The notes beneath the pieces were generated by a model. That model was not told the origin of the DNA. It did no database searches and was given only the letters and a program-made list of their open reading frames with translations. Below, one piece after another: positions 17,141 to 26,603 of a stretch of DNA of 36,421 nucleotides (positions are counted from its first letter, which is position 1; each line of letters begins with the position of its first letter). Origin of the DNA: an uncultured Verrucomicrobiota bacterium (GTDB taxonomy: Bacteria > Verrucomicrobiota > Kiritimatiellia > RFP12 > UBA1067); the NCBI GenBank assembly GCA_946628745.1, contig CAMOXA010000001.1:1-36421 (forward strand). Direction: 5' to 3'. A program made the translations under genes and the position numbers.

Positions 17141-18283
17141 ATGGCAGAAGAGACAAAGGAAAAACTGATTGAAGCGGAGGAGGTCCGCCAGCGCATTGAA
17201 GACCTCAAGAAGAGGTCTGCCGAGATGGCGGAATACATAAAAATCGCCGCTCGCCGCGAGCGTCTGGCGTCGCTTGAGACTATGCAGGCAGCGCCTGACT
17301 TCTGGAACAACCAGTCGAAAGCCCGCGAGGTCATAGCGGAGACCAACGCAGAACGCGCGTACACCGTACCGTACGATTCGCTTTTGAAATCCGTCGAAGA
17401 CGCCGGCGTAATGCTGGAGCTGGCGGACATGGAAGAAGGCGAGGCCCGGCAGACGGCTCTGAAAGACACGATTGCGGAATGCGAGAAAGCGGACGGCTTT
17501 TTCGCGAAGCTCAGGCTTCAGTCGCTGCTCGGCGGCAAGTTCGACCAGTGCAACGTGTTCGTAAAGCTGCACGCCGGCCAGGGCGGCACCGAGGCGTGCG
17601 ACTGGGTCGCCATGCTTTACCGCATGTACCAGCGCTACGCCGAGAGCCAGGGCTGGAAGGTCGAGGAGTACGACACCCAGCCGGGCGAAGAGGCCGGTTA
17701 CAAGGACGTGTATTTTCGCGTGGAAGGCTCCTACGCCTTCGGGATGCTCAAAGCCGAGCGCGGCATACACCGCCTGGTGCGCATTTCGCCGTTTGACGCG
17801 AACAAGCGCCGCCAGACGTCCTTCGCGTCGATGGAAACCGTCGCCGAGATAAACGACGACATCGACGTGGAGATAAAGGACGAAGACCTCAGGATCGACA
17901 CCTACCGTTCAGGCGGCGCAGGCGGCCAGCATGTCAACAAGACGGATTCCGCCGTTCGACTGACCCACCTGCCGACCGGCATTGTCGTCGCCTGCCAGAA
18001 GGAGCGTTCGCAGCACATGAACAAGGAAAAGGCGATGAACATGCTGCGCGCCCAACTGTACGAATACTACGAGGACCAGAAGAAAGCCGAGATGGACCGC
18101 TTCTACGGGGCGAAATCCGAGAACGGCTGGGGTTCGCAGATACGTTCCTACGTTTTTTGTCCGTATACAATGGTCAAGGACCTCAGGACGGAGTGCGAAA
18201 CGTCGGACGTCAACGGAGTCATGGACGGGAACATCCAGCCTTTCATCGAGTCGTGGCTTCAGATGAAGGCCGCCGGGAAGTAA
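17141..18283 (+). CDS. prfB: Peptide chain release factor 2
   Basis: SPF tripeptide (RISPFDANKRRQTSF) and GGQ motif (SGGAGGQHVNKTDSAVR). GGGAGG lies upstream. The reading frame is uninterrupted, with no +1 frameshift site. Confidence 0.93.
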   Translation: MAEETKEKLIEAEEVRQRIEDLKKRSAEMAEYIKIAARRERLASLETMQAAPDFWNNQSKAREVIAETNAERAYTVPYDSLLKSVEDAGVMLELADMEEGEARQTALKDTIAECEKADGFFAKLRLQSLLGGKFDQCNVFVKLHAGQGGTEACDWVAMLYRMYQRYAESQGWKVEEYDTQPGEEAGYKDVYFRVEGSYAFGMLKAERGIHRLVRISPFDANKRRQTSFASMETVAEINDDIDVEIKDEDLRIDTYRSGGAGGQHVNKTDSAVRLTHLPTGIVVACQKERSQHMNKEKAMNMLRAQLYEYYEDQKKAEMDRFYGAKSENGWGSQIRSYVFCPYTMVKDLRTECETSDVNGVMDGNIQPFIESWLQMKAAGK

Positions 18284-18288
18284 GGGCA

Positions 18289-18621
18289 ATGCCGTACGAG
18301 AACGGAGAGAATTGGCTGCCGGTCGATCCCGACAAACGGGGGCGCCACGGCACGTTTGCAGAGGCTCTCAAGGCCGCGGTTTCCGGTCTGGCGGGAGAGA
18401 GGAGCGATTTCTTCGACTCGCTCGCCGACCGCTGGCCGTCGTTGTTCTCCGATTTCGCCGCCCGTCCGGGGCGGTATGACGACGGGCGTCTTTTCCTGTA
18501 CGTGAAGAGCGCGCCCGCGCTTTTCGCCATGCGCCCGCGCCTCGCCTCGATAAAGCGCACGCTTGCGGCTCTGCCGGGGGCACCGAAGAAACTCGATGTT
18601 TATCTGGAGATACACCGATGA
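18289..18621 (+). CDS. DUF721 domain protein (DciA-like)
   Basis: 110 aa with the DUF721-like pattern LADRWPSLF...GRLFLYVKSAPALFAMRPRLASIKRTL...LDVYLEI. Family assignment is from memory of the domain pattern. Confidence 0.5.
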   Translation: MPYENGENWLPVDPDKRGRHGTFAEALKAAVSGLAGERSDFFDSLADRWPSLFSDFAARPGRYDDGRLFLYVKSAPALFAMRPRLASIKRTLAALPGAPKKLDVYLEIHR

Positions 18622-20120
18622 TTCTCGCACCGGCACTTTTGGCGACGGCGGTCTACACGTGCGCGATGGAGCGCGTCGATTCGATGGATCCCGTGAACTC
18701 GCAGTCGGCTTACGATTCCCGGGCGGTGCAGCTTGTCTACGAAACGCCGCTTGAAATAGATTACGAGGCTAGGCCGTACCGGCTCGTGCCGGGGCTTTGC
18801 GAACTGCCGGAAGTGTCCGCGGACGGGCTGGTGTACGATCTGAAAATGACCGCCGGCGCGCCGCTTGGCGCGGCGGATGTCAAACGCGCCATCGATCGCC
18901 TTCGCGATCCCGACCGTCCCTCGCCCGGCAGCTGGACCATGAAGCGCGTGCGCGAAGTCACCTGCCCCGGCGACAGGTCCGTAAGGATAGTCCTCGACGC
19001 CCGCCAGCATGTCTTCCCGTGGATGCTCGCGATGGCGTATTGCGGCGTTATGGCGCCGGACGGCGGCGGGACCGGCCCCTACAGGCTCAAGTCGTGGTGG
19101 CGTAACCACGAGATGGTTTTCGAGCGCAACGCCGGCTGGCGCGGATGGGCCGCCGCCGCGGACTCGCCGGGGCTGGCGCCGTTCGACGAGATACGCTATA
19201 TTGTCGTCGACGACATATCGACGCAGTGGCTGATGTTTCTGCGCGGCGAGATCGATTTTCTCGGCAGCATATCCAGGGACAACTGGGGCGCTGTGATGGA
19301 CGCCGGGGGGCGCATCAACCCGAAGCTCGCCGCGGCCGGCATACGGCTGTGCGGCGGCGAACCGGCGATCGAGGTCAGATACATCGGCATGAACATGCGC
19401 GATCCCGTTCTGGGGCCCAACCGCAAGCTTCGCCAGGCGCTTTCGTGCGCGTTCGATTTCCCGACATGGAAATGTTTCTACAACAACAGCATCGAACAGG
19501 CCAACGGCCCCGTCCCGCCGATGGTGGACGGCTATGCGGACGAGCCGGTGCGCTACGGATACGACCTGGAGCGCGCGAAGGCTCTGCTGGCCGAGGCGGG
19601 ATATCCTGGCGGGATCGACCCGGCGACGGGACGCCGCCTTGAAGTCGCGCTGTCTATTGGCCGCCCGAGCCAGGACAGCCGCGAAGCGGGCGAGCTGGTC
19701 GCCAGCTTCTACGCCAAAATCGGGGTCAAACTCGAGTTGAGGTTCCAGACGTGGGAGGCGTTCCTCAGTTCCGTCAACCGGGGCGACGCCCAGCTGTTCC
19801 TGATGGCATGGGTGGGGGACTATCCAGACGCCGAGAACTTTCTGCAGCTCTTCCACTCGAAGAACAAGAGCCCGGGGCCGAACCATTCCGACTACGACAA
19901 CCCCGAGTACGACGCAGAGTACGACGCGGCGATGGCCGCGATGACGCAGGAAGCGCGCCGTGCGCACTGGCGGCGCTGCCAGGAGATTCTGCGAGAGGAC
20001 TGTCCGTGGATATTCACACACATAACGAAAAACTACTCGCTCGCCGGCAGGCGCGTTCTGGGCTTCATCCCGAGCGACTTCCCCTACGGGAACGAGAAAT
20101 ATCTGAGGACCGCGAGATGA
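18618..20120 (+). CDS. ABC-type substrate-binding protein, family 5 (peptide/nickel/opine type), orphan
   Basis: GTGPYRLKSWWRNHEMVFERN, FDEIRYIVVDDISTQWLMFLRGEIDF and YPGGIDP...L blocks are typical of SBP_bac_5. The ATG overlaps the upstream stop. No cognate permease or ATPase gene is in the window. Confidence 0.75.
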   Translation: MILAPALLATAVYTCAMERVDSMDPVNSQSAYDSRAVQLVYETPLEIDYEARPYRLVPGLCELPEVSADGLVYDLKMTAGAPLGAADVKRAIDRLRDPDRPSPGSWTMKRVREVTCPGDRSVRIVLDARQHVFPWMLAMAYCGVMAPDGGGTGPYRLKSWWRNHEMVFERNAGWRGWAAAADSPGLAPFDEIRYIVVDDISTQWLMFLRGEIDFLGSISRDNWGAVMDAGGRINPKLAAAGIRLCGGEPAIEVRYIGMNMRDPVLGPNRKLRQALSCAFDFPTWKCFYNNSIEQANGPVPPMVDGYADEPVRYGYDLERAKALLAEAGYPGGIDPATGRRLEVALSIGRPSQDSREAGELVASFYAKIGVKLELRFQTWEAFLSSVNRGDAQLFLMAWVGDYPDAENFLQLFHSKNKSPGPNHSDYDNPEYDAEYDAAMAAMTQEARRAHWRRCQEILREDCPWIFTHITKNYSLAGRRVLGFIPSDFPYGNEKYLRTAR

Positions 20121-20740
20121 AGGCTCAACTGTATGTGGACAGATCCACCGACGTCCAGTCCGTCGCGCTTGTCGATGACGGCGGCATCGTCGCCGAAGAG
20201 ACGTTCGACGGCCTGGATTCCAGAAGCGGCGGCTGGGTGCCGCGAGTCAAGGCGTTCGCGGCGGGCGTCGACATCGGGCGCATCGTCGTAGGCGTCGGTC
20301 CGGGGTCGTTCGCCGGCATACGCGCGGCTCTCGCGTTCGCGCAGGGATACGCGATCGGGTTCGGGTGTGAAGTCGCCGGACTGCCGTCGGCGTGTTCGTT
20401 CGCTCTGGCGGAGGGCCGCATCGCCGTCGTCGGCGACGCGCGCCGCGGCAAGTTCTGGGTGGCTCTTTTCGACGGGCCGCGTCTCGAGAAAGACATCTTC
20501 CAGACCGGGCTGGAAGAACTGGGCGCAAGCGTTCCTCCCGGCGTGGAAGTGACTACGCCCGACGCCCGGCGCATCGATGGCGTACTGAGAAATGTTTTCG
20601 GCGGCCGCTACAAGGGTGGCGGCGTGCCGACCGCGGCAGGTCTGGCGCGCGCGGCGTTGGCGAATCCGTCGCTTCTCGCCGCGGAGCCATTGCCTCTGTA
20701 TCTGAATCCTGCCGTAAGGACCGAACCGCAAGCGCTTTGA
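20117..20740 (+). CDS. tsaB: tRNA threonylcarbamoyladenosine biosynthesis protein TsaB
   Basis: GVGPGSFAGIRAALAFAQG motif in an ASKHA-fold N-terminal half. About 207 aa. The ATG overlaps the SBP stop (ATGA). Confidence 0.8.
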   Translation: MKAQLYVDRSTDVQSVALVDDGGIVAEETFDGLDSRSGGWVPRVKAFAAGVDIGRIVVGVGPGSFAGIRAALAFAQGYAIGFGCEVAGLPSACSFALAEGRIAVVGDARRGKFWVALFDGPRLEKDIFQTGLEELGASVPPGVEVTTPDARRIDGVLRNVFGGRYKGGGVPTAAGLARAALANPSLLAAEPLPLYLNPAVRTEPQAL

Positions 20741-20744
20741 CGCC

Positions 20745-21449
20745 GTGAAATACAAGTATCTATACCAGACGAAGGACAACGAGAACCGGGAAGGATGGGT
20801 GGCCGCCAAAAACCGGGCCGAGGCGTACGCCGCGCTGCGCAAGCAAGGGATACGCCCGTACCGCGTCATAGGCGACGATCCGCCAAAATGGCGGTCGCGG
20901 GCGGCCGGTCTCGCGCTGGCGGCGCTCGCCGTGTCTTTCGCCGCCGCCGTCTGGTGGACGATGTCGCCTGCCGGGGAACGCGAGTCGCCGGCGAGACGCC
21001 AGCAGTTGACCGGTGACAGCTCGGTGATATCGGCGGGACTCGAGACCGGGTGGGAAGGCGTCTTCTCGACGACGCTCGACAGATTCCTCGCCGCATACGC
21101 GCAGCCCGGGTGGATTGCGCTGCCGCCAGATGTGACCGAAGACGATGTCTCGCGGTTTGCGGACGAGCTCGAAACGAAGCTGGAATTCTTCGACGGGGAA
21201 CCTCCGGAAGTGCGCCAGTTGAAGCGGATCGTACTCGAAATGAGACGCGAGATGAAAAACTATCTCGCCTCTGGCGGGACCGCCGGTGAATACATGTCGT
21301 TTCTCGAGGAGCGGCAGGACGAAGAGCTGTCGTTCAGGCAGAAAGCGCTCAAATCGGTGGAATCCGCGCCGGAGTCCAGCCGCGAAAGAATACGGATGAA
21401 CATGAACGTGCGCCTGCACGAAATGGGTCTGCCGGAACTCGGCCGCTAG
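20745..21449 (+). CDS. Hypothetical single-pass membrane protein with GspF/PilC-N-terminus-like leader domain
   Basis: GTG start. The first 45 aa or so (YKYLYQTKDNENREGWVAAKNRAEAYAALRKQGIRPYRV) follow the T2SS-F/PilC N-terminal pattern. One TM follows (AAGLALAALAVSFAAAVWWTM), then an acidic helical domain of about 160 aa that I do not recognise. Confidence 0.55.
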   Translation: MKYKYLYQTKDNENREGWVAAKNRAEAYAALRKQGIRPYRVIGDDPPKWRSRAAGLALAALAVSFAAAVWWTMSPAGERESPARRQQLTGDSSVISAGLETGWEGVFSTTLDRFLAAYAQPGWIALPPDVTEDDVSRFADELETKLEFFDGEPPEVRQLKRIVLEMRREMKNYLASGGTAGEYMSFLEERQDEELSFRQKALKSVESAPESSRERIRMNMNVRLHEMGLPELGR

Positions 21450-21474
21450 TTCCCGGCAGGCGCCGCAAACATGG

Positions 21475-21503
21475 CTGACAGCCGCGGAAAGATTTGGTAT
21501 AAT
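21475..21503 (+). promoter_or_regulatory. Sigma70-type extended -10 promoter positioned for a leaderless GH3 mRNA
   Basis: -35 CTGACA (21475-21480), 17-nt spacer, TGgTATAAT (21495-21503). The ATG at 21510 is exactly 7 nt after the last -10 base. Confidence 0.65.
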
Positions 21504-21509
21504 ACACGC

Positions 21510-24113
21510 ATGAACATAAAGTGTCTTTTTGCAGTATTCGCGCTGGCTTCGGCCTGCGCGACGGCTCAGAATGTCGACGCTCTGGCCATGGAGCGCGCGA
21601 AAGCGATTTTGTCCCGGATGACTCTCGAGGAGAAGGTGTCGCTTTGCGCAGGTTCGGGAACAATGTCGCTGCCGGCCATACCACGGCTCGGCATAATGGA
21701 CGAGTGGAAGATGTCCGACAACTCCCAGACGGTGCGCGCCGACATGGAGCGCTGGACGTGGAACTGCACATCCACGAACGACGAGGCGACCGTGCTGCCG
21801 AACCTTTCCGCGCTGGCGTCCACGTGGAGCGTGGACCTTGCCGCGCGTTTCGGACACGTCATGGGCGAGCAGGCGCGCGCCCGCGGCAAGGACATGATGC
21901 TCGGCCCCGGCGTCAATATAATGCGCACTCCGCTATGCGGCCGCAACTGGGAATACTTCAGCGAAGATCCTGTTTTGACGGCGAAGCTCGTCGTGCCGGA
22001 AATTAAGGCCATGCAGAGCCACGACGTCGCGGCGTGCGTAAAGCACTTCTGCGTGAACAGCCAGGAGAATGACAGATTCAACAACGACGCCGTCCTGGAC
22101 GACAGGACGCTGAACGAGATATACCTGCCCGCGTTCCGCGCCGCGGTGAAGGAAGCCGGCGTGTATGCTCTCATGACCAGCTACAATCTTTACAACGGCC
22201 AGCGCTGCTCGCAGCACATGTATCTGCTCAAGGGCATTCTGCGCGAGCGCTGGGGCTTCGACGGACTCGTCGTCACGGACTGGGGCGGGCAGCGCTCCAC
22301 TGTCAAATCCGCGCTTTCCGGCGCGGGTACCGAGATGAACAGAGGCTCGGACATACGCTATCTCGCCAATCCGTCCAAGGGGACGTATCCTCTCGCCGAC
22401 GCCGTCCGCGCCGGACAGGTGCCGGGGGCTTTCGTGGACGAGAAGGCGCTGCGCGTTCTCTACACGATGGCCAGGACGAATTTCCTGGATCCAGCGAAGC
22501 GCAAAGGCGGCGAGCGTCTGACGGAGCGCCACCGGAAGGAGGCGCTGGCAATCGCAGAGGAGGCGGTCACGCTTCTGAAGAACGACGCCGGAACGCTGCC
22601 TCTCAATCCCGCAAAGATGAAGAAGGTTCTTCTCGTCGGCAAGCTTGCTGACACCGAGATGACGAAAAAGGGATGGAGCGCCGAGGGCAAGCCGCTTTAC
22701 GAGATTACGCCGTACAAAGGCATCGTGGAGTATTTCGCCGGCAGGAACGTCGCTATAGAGCGCGCGCCGCTTGTCGCCTCCGACGGGGCCGACAGCGTGC
22801 ATCCTGTGATTGAAAGCTCGATAGGAACCTTCGACACGACCGCGATGGACGCGGGGATGAGCGTGCGGGCTTGGCAGACCGAGTGGTACAGCGGCGTCAC
22901 CGCGCCCACCGGGACGCCCTTCAAAGTCGGCTTCTCCCGCCAGCCCGGCTTCGACCTCGGCACCGCCGCGCCGTTCGAGGGGATGGACACGAACTGTTTC
23001 TGCGTCGTGTGGCGGACGAAGCTGATCGCGCCCGAAACCGGCGACTACGCTTTCGCGTGCGAACTCGACCATCGCGCCGAATCGCGCATAGTCATCGACG
23101 GCGCGACCGTTGCTGCCGGCCGCGAGCTCGGCCGCATATCAGGCCAGGCCGCGCTGGCCGCGGGCGAGACGTACGATCTTTCCGTAGTGTACATAGGCGA
23201 CACGGGCGAACATAAAATCGGCTTTGGCTGGCAGCTGCCGTCCGAACGCGGCACGATCGAAGAGCTTCGCGCCAAGGCGGAGTCCGCGGATGCCGTTCTC
23301 GTTTTCACCGGCACGGAGGTCGGCCACGGCCGCGCGCTCGAGTGCGAAGGTGGCGACAGGCCGGACATGAAGCTGCCTGTGGGGCATGACGAGGCCATCG
23401 CCCGCATACTTTCCTGGAAGATTCCCGGTACTGTCGTAGTCAACCATTCCGGCTCGCCGGTCGAGATGCCGTGGGTAGGCGACTGCCCGACGCTCGTGCA
23501 GCAGCCCTATCTCGGCCAGGAGGCGGGCCGCGCCCTCGCGCGGGTTCTCTTTGGCGATGTCAATCCTTCCGGCAAGCTGCCTTGCACATGGCCGTACTCG
23601 TACGCCGACACCGGCGTCGCGAGGCTTGGCGAGCTCACGCCTAAGCACTCGATCTACAACGAGCGCTTCTACGTCGGCTACCGCTGGTTCGACGCGATGG
23701 GCATAAAGCCGATGTTCCCGTTCGGATACGGCCTGTCTTACACGGTGTTCGAGTACAAGAGGCTCAAGGCGAGCCGCGAGGACGGCGGGTTCGAGGTTTC
23801 GGTCAAGGTCGAGAATGCCGGCAGTGTGGCCGGCAAGGAATCGGTGCAGCTTTACGCGACATATCCCGACACTGGCGTCGAGAGATGTGTCGCGGAACTG
23901 AAGGCGTTCGCCAAGACAGGCCTTCTCGAACCGGGCGACGGCGAGAAGCTGACGATGTTCGTCGGCTACCGCGATCTCGCCTATTGGGACGACGTGCAAA
24001 ACCGTTTCACGACTCCCGCAGGCGTCTACAAACTGCTCGTCGGCTCGTCCTCGCGCGACATACGCGGTTCGGTCGACGTCACCGTGCGCGAGACGATGGT
24101 CTTCGACGACTGA
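21510..24113 (+). CDS. Glycoside hydrolase family 3 (beta-glucosidase/xylosidase-like) with PA14 insert and Fn3-like C-terminus
   Basis: Signal peptide [22 protein letters not shown]3 blocks [12 protein letters not shown] and [11 protein letters not shown]14-like insert ([31 protein letters not shown]). A C-terminal beta-sandwich ([18 protein letters not shown]). Start is placed at the second ATG of ORF 21471..24113 because the -10 element lies inside the longer version. Confidence 0.88.
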   Translation: MNIKCLFAVFALASACATAQNVDALAMERAKAILSRMTLEEKVSLCAGSGTMSLPAIPRLGIMDEWKMSDNSQTVRADMERWTWNCTSTNDEATVLPNLSALASTWSVDLAARFGHVMGEQARARGKDMMLGPGVNIMRTPLCGRNWEYFSEDPVLTAKLVVPEIKAMQSHDVAACVKHFCVNSQENDRFNNDAVLDDRTLNEIYLPAFRAAVKEAGVYALMTSYNLYNGQRCSQHMYLLKGILRERWGFDGLVVTDWGGQRSTVKSALSGAGTEMNRGSDIRYLANPSKGTYPLADAVRAGQVPGAFVDEKALRVLYTMARTNFLDPAKRKGGERLTERHRKEALAIAEEAVTLLKNDAGTLPLNPAKMKKVLLVGKLADTEMTKKGWSAEGKPLYEITPYKGIVEYFAGRNVAIERAPLVASDGADSVHPVIESSIGTFDTTAMDAGMSVRAWQTEWYSGVTAPTGTPFKVGFSRQPGFDLGTAAPFEGMDTNCFCVVWRTKLIAPETGDYAFACELDHRAESRIVIDGATVAAGRELGRISGQAALAAGETYDLSVVYIGDTGEHKIGFGWQLPSERGTIEELRAKAESADAVLVFTGTEVGHGRALECEGGDRPDMKLPVGHDEAIARILSWKIPGTVVVNHSGSPVEMPWVGDCPTLVQQPYLGQEAGRALARVLFGDVNPSGKLPCTWPYSYADTGVARLGELTPKHSIYNERFYVGYRWFDAMGIKPMFPFGYGLSYTVFEYKRLKASREDGGFEVSVKVENAGSVAGKESVQLYATYPDTGVERCVAELKAFAKTGLLEPGDGEKLTMFVGYRDLAYWDDVQNRFTTPAGVYKLLVGSSSRDIRGSVDVTVRETMVFDD

Positions 24114-24166
24114 CAAAGCCGCGGCGATCAACCAGCAACACTCAAAACAGATCAAGTGCAAAACAC

Positions 24167-25174
24167 ATGAAGAAAGCTCTTATCACCGGAATCACCGGCC
24201 AGGACGGCTCGTACCTCGCAGAACTCCTTCTGTCGAAGGGATATGAAGTCCATGGCCTCATACGGCGCGCCTCGACATTCAACACCGAGAGAATCGACCA
24301 TCTCTACCAGGACCCGCACGTCAACGAACGCACGCTGTTTTTGCACTACGGCGACATGGGCGACAGCTCCAACCTCATACGCCTCGTCTACGAGATACAG
24401 CCCGACGAGATATACAACCTCGCGGCGCAAAGCCATGTGAGAGTGTCGTTCGATTCGCCGGAGTTCACGGGCGACGTGGATGCTCTCGGCACGATGCGCC
24501 TTCTGGAGGCGATCCATTTGACGGGGCTTGCCGGCAAGACGAGATTCTACCAGGCTTCGACGAGCGAACTCTTCGGCCTCGTGCAGGAAGTCCCCCAGAA
24601 GGAGACGACGCCGTTCTATCCCCGCAGCCCCTACGCCGTCGCGAAGCTGTACGGATACTGGGCGGTGAGGAACTACCGCGAGGCCTACGGCATGTTCGCT
24701 TCGAACGGCATACTCTTCAACCACGAGTCGCCGCGCCGCGGCGAGACTTTCGTCACGCGCAAGATCACCCGCGCGGTCGGCCGCATCAAGGTCGGCCTGC
24801 AGGACAAGCTCTACATGGGCAATATCAATTCGCTGAGAGACTGGGGCTTCGCCGGCGACTATGTCGAAGGCATGTGGCGCATCATCCAGCACGACAGGCC
24901 CGAAGACTTCGTCCTGGCGACGGGCGAGATGCATTCCGTCAAGGAGTTTCTCGAACTTGCGTTCGCCGAGGTCGGCCTGGACTGGCAGAAGTATGTAGAC
25001 TACGACGCGAGGTACATGCGCCCGACCGAAGTCGACCAGCTCCTTGGCGACGCTACAAAGGCCCGCACAGTCCTGGGCTGGGAGCCGAAGGTGAAATTCC
25101 GCGAACTCGTCAGCATGATGGTCGCCGCCGATCTCGCTCTCGCCGAAAAAGAATTCAAAGTCAGGAACGCATGA
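24167..25174 (+). CDS. gmd: GDP-mannose 4,6-dehydratase
   Basis: [22 protein letters not shown] catalytic YAVAKLY, and [17 protein letters not shown] blocks. Confidence 0.93.
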   Translation: MKKALITGITGQDGSYLAELLLSKGYEVHGLIRRASTFNTERIDHLYQDPHVNERTLFLHYGDMGDSSNLIRLVYEIQPDEIYNLAAQSHVRVSFDSPEFTGDVDALGTMRLLEAIHLTGLAGKTRFYQASTSELFGLVQEVPQKETTPFYPRSPYAVAKLYGYWAVRNYREAYGMFASNGILFNHESPRRGETFVTRKITRAVGRIKVGLQDKLYMGNINSLRDWGFAGDYVEGMWRIIQHDRPEDFVLATGEMHSVKEFLELAFAEVGLDWQKYVDYDARYMRPTEVDQLLGDATKARTVLGWEPKVKFRELVSMMVAADLALAEKEFKVRNA

Positions 25175-26109
25175 TGGTGAAGTCTTCCAAAATATTCGTC
25201 GCGGGACACCGCGGCATGGTCGGGAGCGCGGTCTGCCGCGCTCTGGCGGCGGCGGGCTTCTCCAACATCGTGACGCGCGGACATTCCGAACTCGATTTGC
25301 TCGATCCGGCGGCGGTCAGGGCTTTTTACGAGGCAGAGCGCCCGGATGTAGCGGTTGTAGCGGCGGCGAGAGTCGGCGGCATCGGCGCGAATTCCGCGGC
25401 GAACTCGCGGTTTCTCTACGAGAACGAGATGATCGCCATGAATACTGTCTGGGCCGCGGCGGAGTGCGGCGTCGGCCGCCTCCTCTTCCTCGGCTCGACG
25501 TGCATCTACCCTCGCATGGCGCCGCAGCCGATCCCCGAGTGCGCGCTTCTTTCAGGTCCTCTGGAGAAGACGAACGAAGGCTACGCCCTCGCGAAAATAT
25601 CGGGCCTGAAGCTGTGCGAATTCCTGCGCCGCGAAAGGGGGCTCAAGTACCATTCCCTGATGCCGACCAATCTGTACGGTCCCGGCGACAACTACGACAT
25701 AGAGCACGGCCATGTGCTGCCGACCCTCATACGCAAGTTCGACACGGCGGACGGCGAGGTTCGCCTGTGGGGCACCGGGTCGGCCGTGCGCGAATTTCTT
25801 CACGTCGACGATCTCGCCTCGGCGTGCCTTTTCGCCCTGGGGCTCGACAATCCGCCGGACCTCATGAACGTCGGCAGCGGCGAGGAGGTGACGATACGTG
25901 AACTGGCCGAGGCCGTGAAGTCCGCGACGGGCTCCAGCGCGAAAATCGTGTGGGATTCGTCAAAGCCGGACGGGACGCCTCGCAAGCTGTGCGACACGAC
26001 GCTCATACGATCGCTCGGGTGGGTGCCCAGGATCGGCCTCAAGGAAGGCCTCGCCATGACCGTCGCGTCGTATCGCGAAGAACTGTCTGCCGGGACCATC
26101 CGGCTTTAG
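25171..26109 (+). CDS. fcl: GDP-L-fucose synthase (GDP-4-keto-6-deoxymannose epimerase/reductase)
   Basis: [11 protein letters not shown] Rossmann motif, [24 protein letters not shown]. The ATG overlaps the gmd stop (ATGA). Confidence 0.9.
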   Translation: MMVKSSKIFVAGHRGMVGSAVCRALAAAGFSNIVTRGHSELDLLDPAAVRAFYEAERPDVAVVAAARVGGIGANSAANSRFLYENEMIAMNTVWAAAECGVGRLLFLGSTCIYPRMAPQPIPECALLSGPLEKTNEGYALAKISGLKLCEFLRRERGLKYHSLMPTNLYGPGDNYDIEHGHVLPTLIRKFDTADGEVRLWGTGSAVREFLHVDDLASACLFALGLDNPPDLMNVGSGEEVTIRELAEAVKSATGSSAKIVWDSSKPDGTPRKLCDTTLIRSLGWVPRIGLKEGLAMTVASYREELSAGTIRL

Positions 26110-26124
26110 AAAGGAGCATCAGCA

Positions 26125-26505
26125 ATGGGAGCATCAGAAATGGACGAGATAGATTTTGAAACCGATTCCTTCAGCGACATCGTAGCCAAGGATCCTCGCT
26201 ACAACGCGAGGGCGTACGCGCTACTCATGGATGTCATAAACTACCTCGTCGATGAACTCGAAGCCAAGCATATAGACGCGGAATTCATCCTGGATGAATT
26301 CCGCGAACGGACTCTCGACCAGTACGGCCCCTTGAGCTATACGGTTCTGACGGAGTGGGGTGTGGAGCGCTGCGAGGATATCGGCGAGATGATGTTCAAC
26401 CTCGTGGAATCCAAGAGGGTGAACAAGGACCAGAGCGACTCGCCCGAGGCGTTTGTCGGCAGATACGATTTCAAGGAAGCGTTCAAAGGCCCATACGAAG
26501 TCTAA
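26125..26505 (+). CDS. Minf_1886/TIGR04138-like small protein (PVC-restricted family of unknown function)
   Basis: 126 aa. RYNARAYALLMDVINY...LDQYGPLSYTVLTEWGVERCEDIGEMMFNLVE...DFKEAF matches my recollection of this family. AAGGAG lies 8 nt upstream. Confidence 0.55.
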   Translation: MGASEMDEIDFETDSFSDIVAKDPRYNARAYALLMDVINYLVDELEAKHIDAEFILDEFRERTLDQYGPLSYTVLTEWGVERCEDIGEMMFNLVESKRVNKDQSDSPEAFVGRYDFKEAFKGPYEV

Positions 26506-26529
26506 CCGAATCTTTTTTCAGATTCGCCC

Positions 26530-26559
26530 TTGACATACCTACCCGAAGGTATGTATAAT
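26530..26559 (+). promoter_or_regulatory. Sigma70-type promoter with embedded palindromic operator for the tetR-RND operon
   Basis: -35 TTGACA (26530-26535), 18-nt spacer, -10 TATAAT (26554-26559). The inverted repeat TACCTACC-CGAA-GGTATGTA spans 26536-26555 with 7 of 8 arm positions paired. Geometry is the same as at 7799-7828. Confidence 0.65.
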
Positions 26560-26603
26560 ATCCGGCGTTTTTTTCCGTTGACAGGAAGGAGCCGCGACAG
26601 GAA

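Noticed and set aside
17141-17260. I looked for the programmed +1 frameshift site (CUU UGA C after about 25 codons) typical of prfB.
   Set aside because: The RF2 reading frame is continuous from ATG 17141. The N-terminus aligns through the usual frameshift position (RSAEMAEYIKIAARRERL) with no in-frame stop. Many bacteria lack the frameshift, so this is not remarkable.
26507-26526. Hairpin CGAATCT-TTTTTC-AGATTCG just after the Minf_1886-like gene, considered as an intrinsic terminator.
   Set aside because: The stem is short and AT-rich and has no downstream T-tract. It is too weak to call a terminator from sequence alone.
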